A DNA stretch of 64,000 nucleotides from an uncultured Streptococcus sp. (GCA_963554245.1 CAUVRF010000001.1:4400-68399); one strand, 5' to 3'. Positions 20,298 through 30,803 are shown, counted from the first letter of the stretch. Program-made: numbers and translations. The notes: generated by a model from the sequence alone, not told the origin.

Positions 20298-21573
20298 GCT
20301 TTCCGAGACCTATAGCAAGTGGAAGAGTATCGGGGAGGGACTACTTGCTATTGTTTTAGGGCTTCTCTTGATTCGTTTTGGACAAGTTATTCCGCGAATG
20401 GGGTACCAGTTGCTGATGGGCTACTTTTCCTTGTCAGCAGTTTGGCACTTGTTGACTCGCTGGTTTCAAGATAAAAAACGTCGGGAAAATATCTTTGTAA
20501 CCTTGGGCAAGCTGGTGGTAGCGGCTCTGGTGTTTGACTCTATCATCTTGCAAGACCTTGCCCTCTATCTCCTGGTTTTTATCATTGCGAGCTACCAGCT
20601 GTTTACGGGCATCATTAGTCTTGTGACTTGGTCTCTCTATCGAAAAAATGCCATTCATCCTCGGCTCCATCATCTCTTCGATGCTGTATGGATGATAGGA
20701 TTCGGGCTTTATAGCATCTCTCCTTTTCACGATGCAGCGAATTTTGAATTGCTCTTGCTTGGGTTTTACTTGCTCATGCTAGGAGCCAGTAGCCTCCGGG
20801 ACGGTTTCTTTTTTGAAAAGATAGAAAACAATCCCAAGCTGAAACGACGTATGCGAATGACTCTGCCGATCTTTGTGACAGCGCTGATCCCTATTAGTAC
20901 CTTGCGCAAACTAAATGAGTGGCTGGCAAATCATGAAAGCCAAGAAGGGGAAGTTCATTCAGAAAGAAAAAACGACCAGACGGTTGATCTGGAAATTTTT
21001 GTCCATACCTCAGAAACCTCTTTCTTCCTTGCTATGGGACATGTGGATATTTGTTATCAAGGACAGGTTATTTCCTATGGTTCCTATGATCCTCACTCGG
21101 AACGTTTATTCGGCATGGTTGGAGACGGTGTTCTGTTTAAGGCCAATCGGGAAAAATACATTGAACTCTGTAAGAGGGAAAGTCAGAAGACCTTGTTTGC
21201 TTACGGTCTGAGTTTGACGGACCAACAGAAAGCTGCTATCCAAGCTCGTTTAGAAGAAATAGAAGATTTGTTAATTCCTTGGGAGCCGAGCTCTCAATTG
21301 ATGAAAAGAAGAGAGGGCGAGGTAAAGCATACCTACTCCTACCAACTGAAAGAGGAAGCAGATGCGACCCTCTATAAATTCAGCTCATCCGAGTTTAAGA
21401 CCTACTTTGTTCTCAGTACCAATTGTGTCTTGCTGGCAGACTCTATCGTAGGAAAAGCTGGGACTGATATATTGAGTCCCCAAGGTTTCATTGTGCCAGG
21501 GACTTATCAGGATTACCTTGATTTAGAGTATACAAAACCCAATGGTCTAGTTGTTAGTCGATCCATTTATTAG
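20290..21573 (+). CDS. Membrane protein: ~6-TM HdeD/DUF308-like N-terminus plus C-terminal permuted papain-like domain
   Basis: Six hydrophobic segments, then GHVDI...ISYG...YFVLSTNCV. The ATG overlaps the sulD stop. Confidence 0.8.
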   Translation: MPKLSETYSKWKSIGEGLLAIVLGLLLIRFGQVIPRMGYQLLMGYFSLSAVWHLLTRWFQDKKRRENIFVTLGKLVVAALVFDSIILQDLALYLLVFIIASYQLFTGIISLVTWSLYRKNAIHPRLHHLFDAVWMIGFGLYSISPFHDAANFELLLLGFYLLMLGASSLRDGFFFEKIENNPKLKRRMRMTLPIFVTALIPISTLRKLNEWLANHESQEGEVHSERKNDQTVDLEIFVHTSETSFFLAMGHVDICYQGQVISYGSYDPHSERLFGMVGDGVLFKANREKYIELCKRESQKTLFAYGLSLTDQQKAAIQARLEEIEDLLIPWEPSSQLMKRREGEVKHTYSYQLKEEADATLYKFSSSEFKTYFVLSTNCVLLADSIVGKAGTDILSPQGFIVPGTYQDYLDLEYTKPNGLVVSRSIY

Positions 21574-21623
21574 AAAAAGAAAACTCTAGTTCCTCAGCAG
21601 TTTGCGCCGAGAAGCTAGAGTTT

Positions 21624-21941
21624 TTAAAATAGGTCATTTTCTTCTGGAAGGAGGATGGTTTCTCTGCCGTCCAAGTCTAAAACAAGGACCCTAGGAGGGT
21701 AAAGCGGATCAAAAGGATGATTGAAATCAAAATCGATGCTAGTCGGAAGATGCTGGCTAGAAAAATGGAAGGTGATGGTCCCCTTATTGTTGAGCAGTTG
21801 AAACTCAAGTTCTTCTTCTAATTCAAAGACATTTTTCAGGAAATGATCGATAATATACCATAAAGAGTCAATGACATCATCAGGCAAGCTGGTCACGACA
21901 CCAAAACTAGCGGATCGTCTCTGTGTATTTGTAAAAGCCAT
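21624..21941 (-). CDS. DUF960-like hypothetical protein
   Basis: MAFTNTQRRSASFGVVTSLP...ETILLPEE, with a GGGGA RBS. Confidence 0.8.
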   Translation of the reverse strand: MAFTNTQRRSASFGVVTSLPDDVIDSLWYIIDHFLKNVFELEEELEFQLLNNKGTITFHFSSQHLPTSIDFDFNHPFDPLYPPRVLVLDLDGRETILLPEENDLF

Positions 21942-22065
21942 GTTTTCATCCCCCTTTATTTTCCTTATCATACAGCAAAATGTCTTAAAAATCAAGAAAT
22001 CCTACTCGTTTTTTCAAAATGGGAATAAACTGTGAAATTTTTTCAAAGTTTCTCTAAAAAATACT

Positions 22066-22079
22066 TGAAAGTGTTTACA
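22066..22079 (+). promoter_or_regulatory. cre-like site upstream of ccpA (possible autoregulation)
   Basis: TGAAAGTGTTTACA, one central mismatch to TGWNANCGNTNWCA. Confidence 0.5.
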
Positions 22080-22144
22080 ATAAGTGATAAAATGGAGTAA
22101 GTAGATGCGTGAAAGCGAAATTTTCATTATAGAAAGGAAACGGA

Positions 22145-23155
22145 ATGAACACAGATGATACAGTAACGATTTATGACGTCGCCCGTGAAGCAGGAGTTTC
22201 AATGGCAACAGTTAGCCGTGTCGTTAATGGCAACAAGAATGTTAAAGAGAACACTCGAAAAAAAGTCCTAGAAGTGATTGATCGCTTGGACTATCGTCCA
22301 AATGCGGTAGCACGTGGTTTGGCAAGCAAGAAAACAACGACAGTCGGAGTTGTGATTCCGAACATTACCAATGGTTATTTCTCAACGCTTGCTAAGGGGA
22401 TTGACGACATTGCTGAAATGTACAAGTATAACATTGTCCTAGCAAATAGTGATGAGGATGATGAAAAGGAAGTTTCAGTAGTTAACACTCTCTTTTCAAA
22501 ACAAGTCGATGGGATTATCTTTATGGGCTATCACTTGACTGAAAAGATTCGTTCAGAGTTTTCTCGTTCACGGACACCGGTTGTTCTTGCTGGTACTGTG
22601 GATGTAGAACACCAACTTCCAAGTGTAAATATCGACTACAAACAAGCAACGATTGATGCCGTGAGCTATCTTCTCAAAGAAAACGAAAAGATTGCTTTTG
22701 TGAGTGGACCACTCGTCGATGATATCAATGGCAAGGTTCGTTTGATTGGTTACAAGGAAGCCTTGAAAAAAGCTGGACATTCTTATAGTGAGGGATTGGT
22801 CTTTGAATCAAAATACAGCTATGATGATGGTTATGCCTTGGCAGAACGCTTGATTTCATCACAAGCTACAGCCGCAGTTGTAACAGGTGATGAATTGGCA
22901 GCAGGTGTCCTAAATGGTTTGGCTGACCACGGTGTGTCTGTGCCAGAAGAGTTTGAAATCATCACGACAGATGACTCTCAGATTGCACGATTCACTCGTC
23001 CAAACTTGACGACTATTGCCCAACCTCTTTATGACCTAGGTGCTATCAGCATGCGTATGTTGACTAAGATTATGCATAAGGAAGAGTTGGAAGAACGTGA
23101 AGTTCTCTTACCCCATGGTTTGACAGAACGCCGCTCTACACGAAAACGTAAATAA
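22145..23155 (+). CDS. ccpA: Catabolite control protein A
   Basis: TIYDVAREAGVSMATVSRVVNGN...YRPNAVARGLASKKTTTVGV. Confidence 0.98.
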   Translation: MNTDDTVTIYDVAREAGVSMATVSRVVNGNKNVKENTRKKVLEVIDRLDYRPNAVARGLASKKTTTVGVVIPNITNGYFSTLAKGIDDIAEMYKYNIVLANSDEDDEKEVSVVNTLFSKQVDGIIFMGYHLTEKIRSEFSRSRTPVVLAGTVDVEHQLPSVNIDYKQATIDAVSYLLKENEKIAFVSGPLVDDINGKVRLIGYKEALKKAGHSYSEGLVFESKYSYDDGYALAERLISSQATAAVVTGDELAAGVLNGLADHGVSVPEEFEIITTDDSQIARFTRPNLTTIAQPLYDLGAISMRMLTKIMHKEELEEREVLLPHGLTERRSTRKRK

Positions 23156-23206
23156 AAAAAATCAGGAAATCGTGAGATTTCCTGATTTGCTTTCTAGAGA
23201 AGAGGT

Positions 23207-24169
23207 TTATCCTTCCATATAGTCTTTCAAAGCCTGCCCTTTTAATCCAGCATTAAGGGCAATTAATAATTTGAGGCGCGCTTTTTGAGCGTTGAGTTCT
23301 TTGACAAAGAAAACACCAGCTCGTTGCAACTGTACCCCTCCACCTTGGTAGGCGTAGACAGGTTCAGCAATACCGTTAAAACATCGTGAGACCAAGGCAA
23401 CTGGGATTCCTTTTTGCAGGAGATTTTCCAACTTTTGAGCTGTTTCTTTGGGAACATTGCCTGCTCCAAAGGCCTGAATGACTAAGCCATCCAGCTGTTC
23501 CAAGTCCAACATATCGATCAGCTCGTCTGTCATACCTGCATAGGCTGAGATGATGGGAACTAGACCTTGAATATGCTCGAGATCAAACCGGACACGAGGT
23601 TCAGCCGTTTTAAAGTAGAGGATTTCTTGCTTCATGATGAGGCCAAGTGGTCCATGTGTTGGGGTTTGAAAGGTGCTGACGTTGGTCGTATGAGTTTTGG
23701 TAACATACTTGGCTGCGTGGATCTCGTCGTTCATGACGACCAGTACACCCTTGTCGGCTGCTTTGTCATCGCTGGCAACTCGCAAAGCGCTCAGATAGTT
23801 ATATACACCGTCGCTACCAAGTTCGTTTGAACTACGCATGGCCCCTGTTAGAACGATGGGGATGGGCGGAATTTTCATGGTATCAAGGAAGTAGGCTGTT
23901 TCTTCTAAGGTATCTGTACCATGTGTGATGACAACACCATCGTAGTTATCAGCTTCCTCTTTAATCTTATGATAGAGTGCAAGCATATGTTTGGGTTTGA
24001 TATGAGGGCTTGGCAGATTAAAAAAGTCTAGGGCATGAACCTCAATCCCTTCAAGTGGATTGGAAACATGGTTCATGGGATTGTCCTGACTAGTTACAAC
24101 GGCACCAGTGGCGTCTGCTTGCATGGAAATAGTCCCACCTGTATGTAAAACAAGGATTTTCTTAGGCAT
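23207..24169 (-). CDS. L-asparaginase
   Basis: HTGGTI and THGTDTLEE motifs. Confidence 0.93.
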   Translation of the reverse strand: MPKKILVLHTGGTISMQADATGAVVTSQDNPMNHVSNPLEGIEVHALDFFNLPSPHIKPKHMLALYHKIKEEADNYDGVVITHGTDTLEETAYFLDTMKIPPIPIVLTGAMRSSNELGSDGVYNYLSALRVASDDKAADKGVLVVMNDEIHAAKYVTKTHTTNVSTFQTPTHGPLGLIMKQEILYFKTAEPRVRFDLEHIQGLVPIISAYAGMTDELIDMLDLEQLDGLVIQAFGAGNVPKETAQKLENLLQKGIPVALVSRCFNGIAEPVYAYQGGGVQLQRAGVFFVKELNAQKARLKLLIALNAGLKGQALKDYMEG

Positions 24170-24234
24170 GATTTAGTCACTCTTTCTGAAATGTGGTATA
24201 ATCATTGTAACACAAAAGGGGAGAATGGGATAGG

Positions 24235-25629
24235 ATGGAAGTCAAAGCTGTTTTTTTTGATATCGATGGAACGCTAGTCAACGATCGCAAGAGTGTTTTG
24301 AAATCCACTAAGGACGCGATTAAGATTGTCAAAGAGCAAGGAGTGCTTGTTGGAGTAGCGACAGGACGAGGGCCGTTTTTTGTCAAGGAATTGATGGAAG
24401 ACTTGGACCTAGACTTTGCGGTGACCTACAATGGCCAATACATTTTTAATAAAGAAAAGGTGCTCTTTGCAAGTCCGATTGCTAAGTCAAGCCTGCGTCA
24501 ACTGATTGCTTACGCTAAAAAGGAGCGTAAAGAAATCGCTCTTGGAACCGAGCATGCCGTTGTTGGTTCGAAGATTATGTCATTTGGTCTCGGCTCCTTT
24601 TCACAACTGGTTAGTCGTTTTATTCCGACTGTGCTGACAAGAACCGTTAGCCGTTCCTTTAATCGAATGGTTAGCAAGGCAGTTCCTCAAAAGGAAGACG
24701 ACCTGCTTAACTTGATTAATCAACCCATTTATCAAGTTTTGATGCTGATGACGCCAGAGGAATCTGAGAAGGCAGCAGCTGATTTTGAAGATTTGAAATT
24801 AACTCGAAGCAATCCTTTTGCAGCAGATATCATCAACCAAGGAAATTCCAAACTAGAAGGCATTCGCCGAGTCGGGAAAGAATATGGTTTTGATCTCAAT
24901 CAAGTCATGGCCTTTGGTGATTCCGACAACGATCTGGAAATGTTGGCGGGTGTTGGTATGTCGGTTGCTATGGGAAATGGTAGTAGCAGTGTCAAAGAAG
25001 TTGCCAAGCATATTACGGCAAGTAATCAACAAGATGGTATCCACAAGGCGCTCGAGCACTTTGGTGTTTTGGCTTCAGAAAAAGTGTTTGTCAGTCGAGA
25101 CTACCACTTTAATAAGGTTAAAACCTTCCACCACATGATGGATGAACGAACTCAAGAAGAGCCACAGGCATGGGATGCTGAAGGTGCAACCCACCGCGCA
25201 GATTTTAAAATTGAAGAATTAGTAGAGTTTGTCCGCGCGGCAAGTTCTTCGGAGGAAGAATTCCAAGCCTCCCTTGCAAGTATGCATGAGGCACTTGATA
25301 AGGCAGCAGAGAAAGTGGCGAAAAAGACACCTGCTAAGCAAAATCTGGTCGGTCAAGTGGATGCTTTGATCGATACATTGTATTTCACGTACGGTAGTTT
25401 TGTTTTGATGGGAGTGGATCCAGAACGCATTTTTGATATTGTCCATGAAGCAAATATGGGGAAGGTTTTCCCTGATGGAAAAGCTCATTTTGACCCGGTT
25501 ACGCACAAAATTTTAAAACCAGATGACTGGGAAGAAAAATATGCTCCAGAACCTGCCATTAAACAGGAGCTACAACGTCAGCTTAAGGCTTATGAGCGAC
25601 ATAAAGAAAGAAATAGAAATAATAAGTAA
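24235..25629 (+). CDS. Cof-type HAD hydrolase fused to a C-terminal MazG-like (PRA-PH/DR2231-type) NTP pyrophosphatase domain
   Basis: DIDGTL and FGDSDND, then EELVEF...DALIDTLYF...VHEANMGK...KILKP. Confidence 0.85.
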   Translation: MEVKAVFFDIDGTLVNDRKSVLKSTKDAIKIVKEQGVLVGVATGRGPFFVKELMEDLDLDFAVTYNGQYIFNKEKVLFASPIAKSSLRQLIAYAKKERKEIALGTEHAVVGSKIMSFGLGSFSQLVSRFIPTVLTRTVSRSFNRMVSKAVPQKEDDLLNLINQPIYQVLMLMTPEESEKAAADFEDLKLTRSNPFAADIINQGNSKLEGIRRVGKEYGFDLNQVMAFGDSDNDLEMLAGVGMSVAMGNGSSSVKEVAKHITASNQQDGIHKALEHFGVLASEKVFVSRDYHFNKVKTFHHMMDERTQEEPQAWDAEGATHRADFKIEELVEFVRAASSSEEEFQASLASMHEALDKAAEKVAKKTPAKQNLVGQVDALIDTLYFTYGSFVLMGVDPERIFDIVHEANMGKVFPDGKAHFDPVTHKILKPDDWEEKYAPEPAIKQELQRQLKAYERHKERNRNNK

Positions 25630-25661
25630 CAAAAAGGAGCTCTAGGCTCCTTTTTTAATAA

Positions 25662-26114
25662 TTATAATGTTTTTTCACTTTCTCTTACGACCAGCAAATC
25701 GACTTTTGCATGGCGGAGAATATATTCAGATGAAGAACCGACTAAGAGGCGTTCAAAGGCATTGAGACCTGTAGCACCAACTAAAATCAAGTCAACATTT
25801 TCTGCGTCCGGAATCGTCCGAGCGAGGAGAGTTTTTGGATTTCCCATTTCGATGACGATGTGGATATCCGTTAAACCAGCATCTTTTGCACGCTTTTCAT
25901 ACTCTTTCATCATACTTTCAGCGTCGGCTTGGAGTTCTTCGTAAACTTCAGCATCAAAGGTAGATACGCTTTGAAGAGCGCGTGTGTCAATAACATGGAC
26001 AATGGTGAGCTTGGATTCATTGCGTAGAGCAGTGTAAACACCTTTGACGAAAGCCAAGTCCGCTTCTTTAGAACCATCAATTGCGACCATAACATTTTGG
26101 TAACGTTGTGCCAT
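25662..26114 (-). CDS. Universal stress protein
   Basis: VAIDGS and DLILVGATGLNAFERLLVGSSSE motifs. Confidence 0.93.
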   Translation of the reverse strand: MAQRYQNVMVAIDGSKEADLAFVKGVYTALRNESKLTIVHVIDTRALQSVSTFDAEVYEELQADAESMMKEYEKRAKDAGLTDIHIVIEMGNPKTLLARTIPDAENVDLILVGATGLNAFERLLVGSSSEYILRHAKVDLLVVRESEKTL

Positions 26115-26360
26115 AATGAAACCTCCTGAAATTTTCTTACTTTTATTGTAACCCTTTTCACTAAGGAAGTAAAGTAAAAATCATATTTTAAACCATATTG
26201 TCGGTCATCAACTTAGTGCATATATAGAAATAAAAGAAAAGAGAATTGGTGAGGATTCTCTTTGTCAATGTTTTTTCTTTTGCTTCCTCGTTTATGGAAG
26301 CTTGTCGCAGCGACTTTCTAGTGGTATAATGTTACTATCCTGACGAATTGAGGAAAAAAG

Positions 26361-27575
26361 ATGAAAGAATTTAACAAATCTAGCAAGCTAGAGCATGTTG
26401 CTTATGATATCCGTGGTCCTGTTTTAGAAGAAGCCATGCGTATGCGAGCAAATGGAGAAAAGATTTTACGCCTGAATACAGGGAATCCAGCAGAATTTGG
26501 CTTTACAGCACCAGATGAAGTCATTCATGATTTGATTATGAATGCGCGTGATAGTGAAGGGTATTCTGACTCTAAAGGGATTTTCTCAGCCCGTAAGGCT
26601 ATCATGCAGTATTGCCAACTGAAGAAATTCCCAAATGTGGATATTGATGATATCTACCTTGGAAATGGTGTCAGTGAACTGATTGTCATGTCCATGCAGG
26701 GGCTTCTGGACAATGGAGATGAGGTCTTGGTGCCCATGCCGGACTATCCTCTCTGGACAGCCGCTGTCAGCCTAGCTGGAGGAAATGCCGTCCACTATAT
26801 CTGTGATGAGGCTGCAGAATGGTATCCTGATATTGACGATATCAAGTCAAAAATCACTTCAAATACCAAGGCTATTATTCTCATCAATCCAAATAATCCG
26901 ACAGGAGCTCTCTATCCCAAGGAACTCTTGTTGGAGATTATCGAGATTGCACGTCAAAACGACTTAATTATCTTTGCGGATGAAATCTACGATCGTATGG
27001 TCATGGATGGTCATGAGCATGTCTCAGTAGCTAGTCTGGCTCCAGATGTCTTCTGTGTCAGCATGAATGGTCTTTCAAAATCTCACCGTATCGCTGGTTT
27101 CCGTATAGGATGGATGGTCTTATCTGGACCTAAGACACATGTCAAGGGCTATATTGAAGGTCTTAATATGCTGTCTAACATGCGCCTTTGCTCTAACGTT
27201 TTGGCTCAGCAAGTCGTACAAACCTCGCTAGGTGGGCATCAGTCGGTGGACGAATTGCTCCTTCCTGGTGGACGGATCTACGAGCAAAGAAACTTCATTT
27301 ACAATGCCATTCAAGATATACCTGGTTTATCTGCTGTTAAACCCAAAGCCGGACTTTATATTTTCCCTAAAATTGACCGCAATATGTATCGCATCGATGA
27401 TGATGAACAGTTTGTCCTCAATTTCTTGAAGCAAGAGAAGGTTCTCTTGGTTCATGGTCGCGGTTTTAACTGGCAAGAACCAGACCATTTCCGTATTGTT
27501 TATCTTCCTCGTGTAGATGAATTAGCACAAATCCAAGAAAAGATGACTCGTTTCTTGAAACAGTATCGTAGATAG
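26361..27575 (+). CDS. PLP-dependent class I aminotransferase (AlaA/AspC-like)
   Basis: YDIRGPV, NPNNPTG, DEIY and SKSHRIAGFRIG motifs. Confidence 0.92.
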   Translation: MKEFNKSSKLEHVAYDIRGPVLEEAMRMRANGEKILRLNTGNPAEFGFTAPDEVIHDLIMNARDSEGYSDSKGIFSARKAIMQYCQLKKFPNVDIDDIYLGNGVSELIVMSMQGLLDNGDEVLVPMPDYPLWTAAVSLAGGNAVHYICDEAAEWYPDIDDIKSKITSNTKAIILINPNNPTGALYPKELLLEIIEIARQNDLIIFADEIYDRMVMDGHEHVSVASLAPDVFCVSMNGLSKSHRIAGFRIGWMVLSGPKTHVKGYIEGLNMLSNMRLCSNVLAQQVVQTSLGGHQSVDELLLPGGRIYEQRNFIYNAIQDIPGLSAVKPKAGLYIFPKIDRNMYRIDDDEQFVLNFLKQEKVLLVHGRGFNWQEPDHFRIVYLPRVDELAQIQEKMTRFLKQYRR

Positions 27576-27616
27576 GGCTTACATGAGAAAAAGCTGGAAA
27601 CATTTGCCTAGAGCTA

Positions 27617-27645
27617 TTGACAAAAGTATCAGAATCAGATAGAAT
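27617..27645 (+). promoter_or_regulatory. Sigma-70 promoter of rpmH
   Basis: TTGACA-17-TAGAAT. Confidence 0.75.
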
Positions 27646-27719
27646 AGTAAAGTATGTTTAGTAACTGATCACTTTATAGCCGGCTAAACGAATACAAAAT
27701 CTATGAGGAGGTATTCATC

Positions 27720-27854
27720 GTGAAACGTACTTATCAACCAAGTAAAATTCGTCGTGCGCGCAAACACGGATTCCGTAACCGTATGTCAACTAAAAACGGT
27801 CGTCGCGTATTGGCAGCTCGTCGTCGTAAAGGACGCAAAGTTTTGGCTGCATAA
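27720..27854 (+). CDS. rpmH: 50S ribosomal protein L34 (absent from the ORF track)
   Basis: GTG start after GAGGAGG. Translation [44 protein letters not shown]. Confidence 0.98.
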   Translation: MKRTYQPSKIRRARKHGFRNRMSTKNGRRVLAARRRKGRKVLAA

Positions 27855-28035
27855 TCCAAACAAATTCAACAAAGAAGTCAGTAGGAACTCGAGTCTACTG
27901 GCTTTTGTTTTTATCTTAAAGGGTGTATTGCCCACGAAATTGTCAATTTCAAATGGAACTCATGGAGGGTTCATTTAAAAGGTCACATACAAAAAACTCA
28001 AAACCAGATATAAGTTACTGATTTTGAGTTTTTGT

Positions 28036-29880
28036 TTATTCTTTTAAGTGATAAGAGTAGCTAGCGATAACGACGTCTTCATGCCATCTGAGAGCGTATT
28101 TAAGTTTGAGGCTCATTTGATTGTGCAGGATATTTTGCCAAGGCTTGTTAGGAATAAACTGTGGTACGAGAACTGTAACGGTGTAGTTTTTTTGCTTAGC
28201 TTCTTGGGCGATTCGTTTGACATACTTAACGCTAGGGGTGATGATGTCGCGGTAGCTAGTATTGATATTCTTCAGAGTGATATTTGGGAAGTAATCGGCA
28301 AATTCCTGAAGAATTTCTTGGTCTTTTTCTGCCGTTTCTTTAGTAGAAATGTGCATGGCTAACACTTCGTCACCGATACTTTGAGCGTAGTTAATCGCTC
28401 CGACACTTACTCGAGTAACATTTCCTACTAGGACAAGGACAAGGTTACCGTCATAAGTGCGTTTTTCGATTCCTTCGTAGAGTCGCAGCTGTTTTGCCAC
28501 TTTTTGGTAATGGTTGTGAATGGACAAAAAGAGGAAGGTTAAAACTAGGATAATTGGGAAGAATGGCCAGATATCACCCAGTCTGAAGAGGAGTAAAATG
28601 AGGACGATAGCATAACAAATGATGGCGCCAAGGATATTTGCAAAGGCAGATTTTAAGAAGTTTACTCCTTTTTCCTTTTTCCAATGGCGAATCATCCCAG
28701 TCTGAGAAAGGGCAAAGGGAACGAAGACTCCGATAGTATAAAGAGGAATCAAGCGTTCAGTATTCCCATTAAAAATGAGAAGAAGGATCATAGCTCCAAA
28801 AGCCAGAGTTAAGATACCGTTGGAGTAGCCAAGGCGATCCCCTTTTTCCATAAAGAGATGGGGCATGTACTTGTTTTTAGCCATATTGTATGCCAGCATA
28901 GGGAAGGCTGAAAAGCCAGTATTTGCAGCTACAGCTAGAATCAAGGCTGTTGAGAACTGGAAGAGATAGTAGCTAGCATGACCAAAGAATGAATCACCAA
29001 GAATGCCCTTGGCCATTTGCGAGAGGATGGTTTCTCCATTTTGAGGAGTGATGCCCATCCAGTAGTTTAGGAAGGTAATGCCTGCAAAAAGAAATCCTAA
29101 AATCAAGGACATGATGGTCAAGGTCTGAGCAGCATTCTTTTCTTTCGGAGTTTTGAAAAATGGTACCGCATTTGAAATAGCTTCAACCCCTGTCAGAGAG
29201 GCAGAGCCACTGGTAAATGCTCTCAATAGGAGAACGATAGAAAGGCTCGGAACGGTTTGTCCAATAGTTGAAGTCGCATGATAGTTTAGGGAACCTGTAA
29301 ATAGTTGAAAGAATCCATAAAGCAAGAGAAAGACGGTACTGAAGATAAAGAGGTAGACGGGAATCATCAGAGAGCTGGCAGATTCTTTCAATCCTCTTAA
29401 ATTCAAGAGCATGAGCAGGCAGACTAGGAAAATAGAGATATGAAGATTGTAGGGATGGAGGGTAGGGATGGCTGCTGTAATAGCATCAGCTCCAGACGCA
29501 ACGGATACGGCTACTGTCAGCATATAGTCAACAAGGAGGCTGCCCCCTGCAATCAAGCCTAGTTCAGGGGAGAGATTTTCCCGAGTGACCATATAAGCTC
29601 CTCCACCTTGAGGATAGGCGTGAATAATTTGACGATAGGAAATGGTCAAACTAGCGAGGAGTAAGAGGACAAAAATACCGATAGGGAGGCTCCACCAAAT
29701 AGCGAGAGGAGAGAGACTGACTAAAACGAGAATGACTTGTTCAGGTCCATAGGCAATAGAAGACAGGGCATCACTGGATAACATTGCAAGTGCCTGCATT
29801 TTTCCAAGTAATCCCCCTTCACTATCTGTGAGAGACTTGAGTGGTCGACCGATAAAGGTATATTTTAATTTTCTAAACAT
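28036..29880 (-). CDS. APC-superfamily permease, KimA/YdaO-like (probable K+ transporter)
   Basis: LSSDALSSIAYGPEQ, AYPQGGGAY and LTGVEAISNAVP motifs, plus a C-terminal cytoplasmic domain ending WQNILHNQ. Confidence 0.85.
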   Translation of the reverse strand: MFRKLKYTFIGRPLKSLTDSEGGLLGKMQALAMLSSDALSSIAYGPEQVILVLVSLSPLAIWWSLPIGIFVLLLLASLTISYRQIIHAYPQGGGAYMVTRENLSPELGLIAGGSLLVDYMLTVAVSVASGADAITAAIPTLHPYNLHISIFLVCLLMLLNLRGLKESASSLMIPVYLFIFSTVFLLLYGFFQLFTGSLNYHATSTIGQTVPSLSIVLLLRAFTSGSASLTGVEAISNAVPFFKTPKEKNAAQTLTIMSLILGFLFAGITFLNYWMGITPQNGETILSQMAKGILGDSFFGHASYYLFQFSTALILAVAANTGFSAFPMLAYNMAKNKYMPHLFMEKGDRLGYSNGILTLAFGAMILLLIFNGNTERLIPLYTIGVFVPFALSQTGMIRHWKKEKGVNFLKSAFANILGAIICYAIVLILLLFRLGDIWPFFPIILVLTFLFLSIHNHYQKVAKQLRLYEGIEKRTYDGNLVLVLVGNVTRVSVGAINYAQSIGDEVLAMHISTKETAEKDQEILQEFADYFPNITLKNINTSYRDIITPSVKYVKRIAQEAKQKNYTVTVLVPQFIPNKPWQNILHNQMSLKLKYALRWHEDVVIASYSYHLKE

Positions 29881-30029
29881 TTTCTTTTCCTTTGATGAAA
29901 ATTTCAATAAGTGTTATTATACTGCTTTGAAAAAGGGCAGTCAAGGGAGAATGACTGGTTTTTGGATATTTTTCCAAGCCGAGGGATGCTATTTTTGGTA
30001 TAATAGATGGGAGAATGAGGTTAGAAGAG

Positions 30030-30803
30030 ATGATTTTTGATACGCACACACATTTAAATGTAGAAGAATTTGCAGGACGCGAGGCAGAAGAACTCGCCTT
30101 GGCTGCTGAGATGGATGTGACACAGATGAATATTGTTGGTTTTGATAAGCTAACCATTGAACGAGCCCTAGAGTTAGCAGATGAGTATGAGCAGCTCTAC
30201 GCAACTATTGGCTGGCATCCGACGGAGGCAGGGACTTACACAGATGCGGTCGAAGCTTACTTGCTTGAAAAGCTAAAACATCACAAGGTTGTTGCTTTAG
30301 GTGAGATTGGTCTGGACTACCATTGGATGACAGCACCTAAGGAAGTACAGGAGCAGGTTTTTCGTCGTCAGATTCAGCTGTCTAAGGATTTGAACTTGCC
30401 TTTTGTGGTCCACACTCGTGATGCGCTAGAAGATACTTATGAGATTATCAAGAGTGAGGGCGTTGGTCCTCGTGGTGGCATCATGCATTCATTTTCAGGT
30501 TCTTTGGAGTGGGCTGAGAAGTTTGTCGGGCTTGGTATGACCATTTCTTTCTCAGGAGTGGTAACTTTTAAGAAAGCGACGGATATCCAAGAAGCTGCTA
30601 GGGAACTTCCTTTGGATAAAATCCTCGTTGAGACAGATGCCCCTTACCTGGCTCCTGTTCCTAAACGTGGCCGTGAAAACAAAACAGCCTACACACGCTA
30701 TGTGGTAGATTTTATCGCGGATTTGCGTGGGATGACGACTGAGGAGTTAGCCGCAGTAACAACTGCAAATGCAGAGCGTACCTTTGGATTGGACAGCAAG
30801 TAA
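30030..30803 (+). CDS. tatD: TatD-family nuclease
   Basis: DTHTH, GEIGLDY, HTRDA and ETDAPYL motifs. Confidence 0.95.
   Translation: MIFDTHTHLNVEEFAGREAEELALAAEMDVTQMNIVGFDKLTIERALELADEYEQLYATIGWHPTEAGTYTDAVEAYLLEKLKHHKVVALGEIGLDYHWMTAPKEVQEQVFRRQIQLSKDLNLPFVVHTRDALEDTYEIIKSEGVGPRGGIMHSFSGSLEWAEKFVGLGMTISFSGVVTFKKATDIQEAARELPLDKILVETDAPYLAPVPKRGRENKTAYTRYVVDFIADLRGMTTEELAAVTTANAERTFGLDSK

Noticed and set aside
27754..27978. 74-aa ORF from the track
   Set aside because: It is an out-of-frame overlap with rpmH and its terminator.
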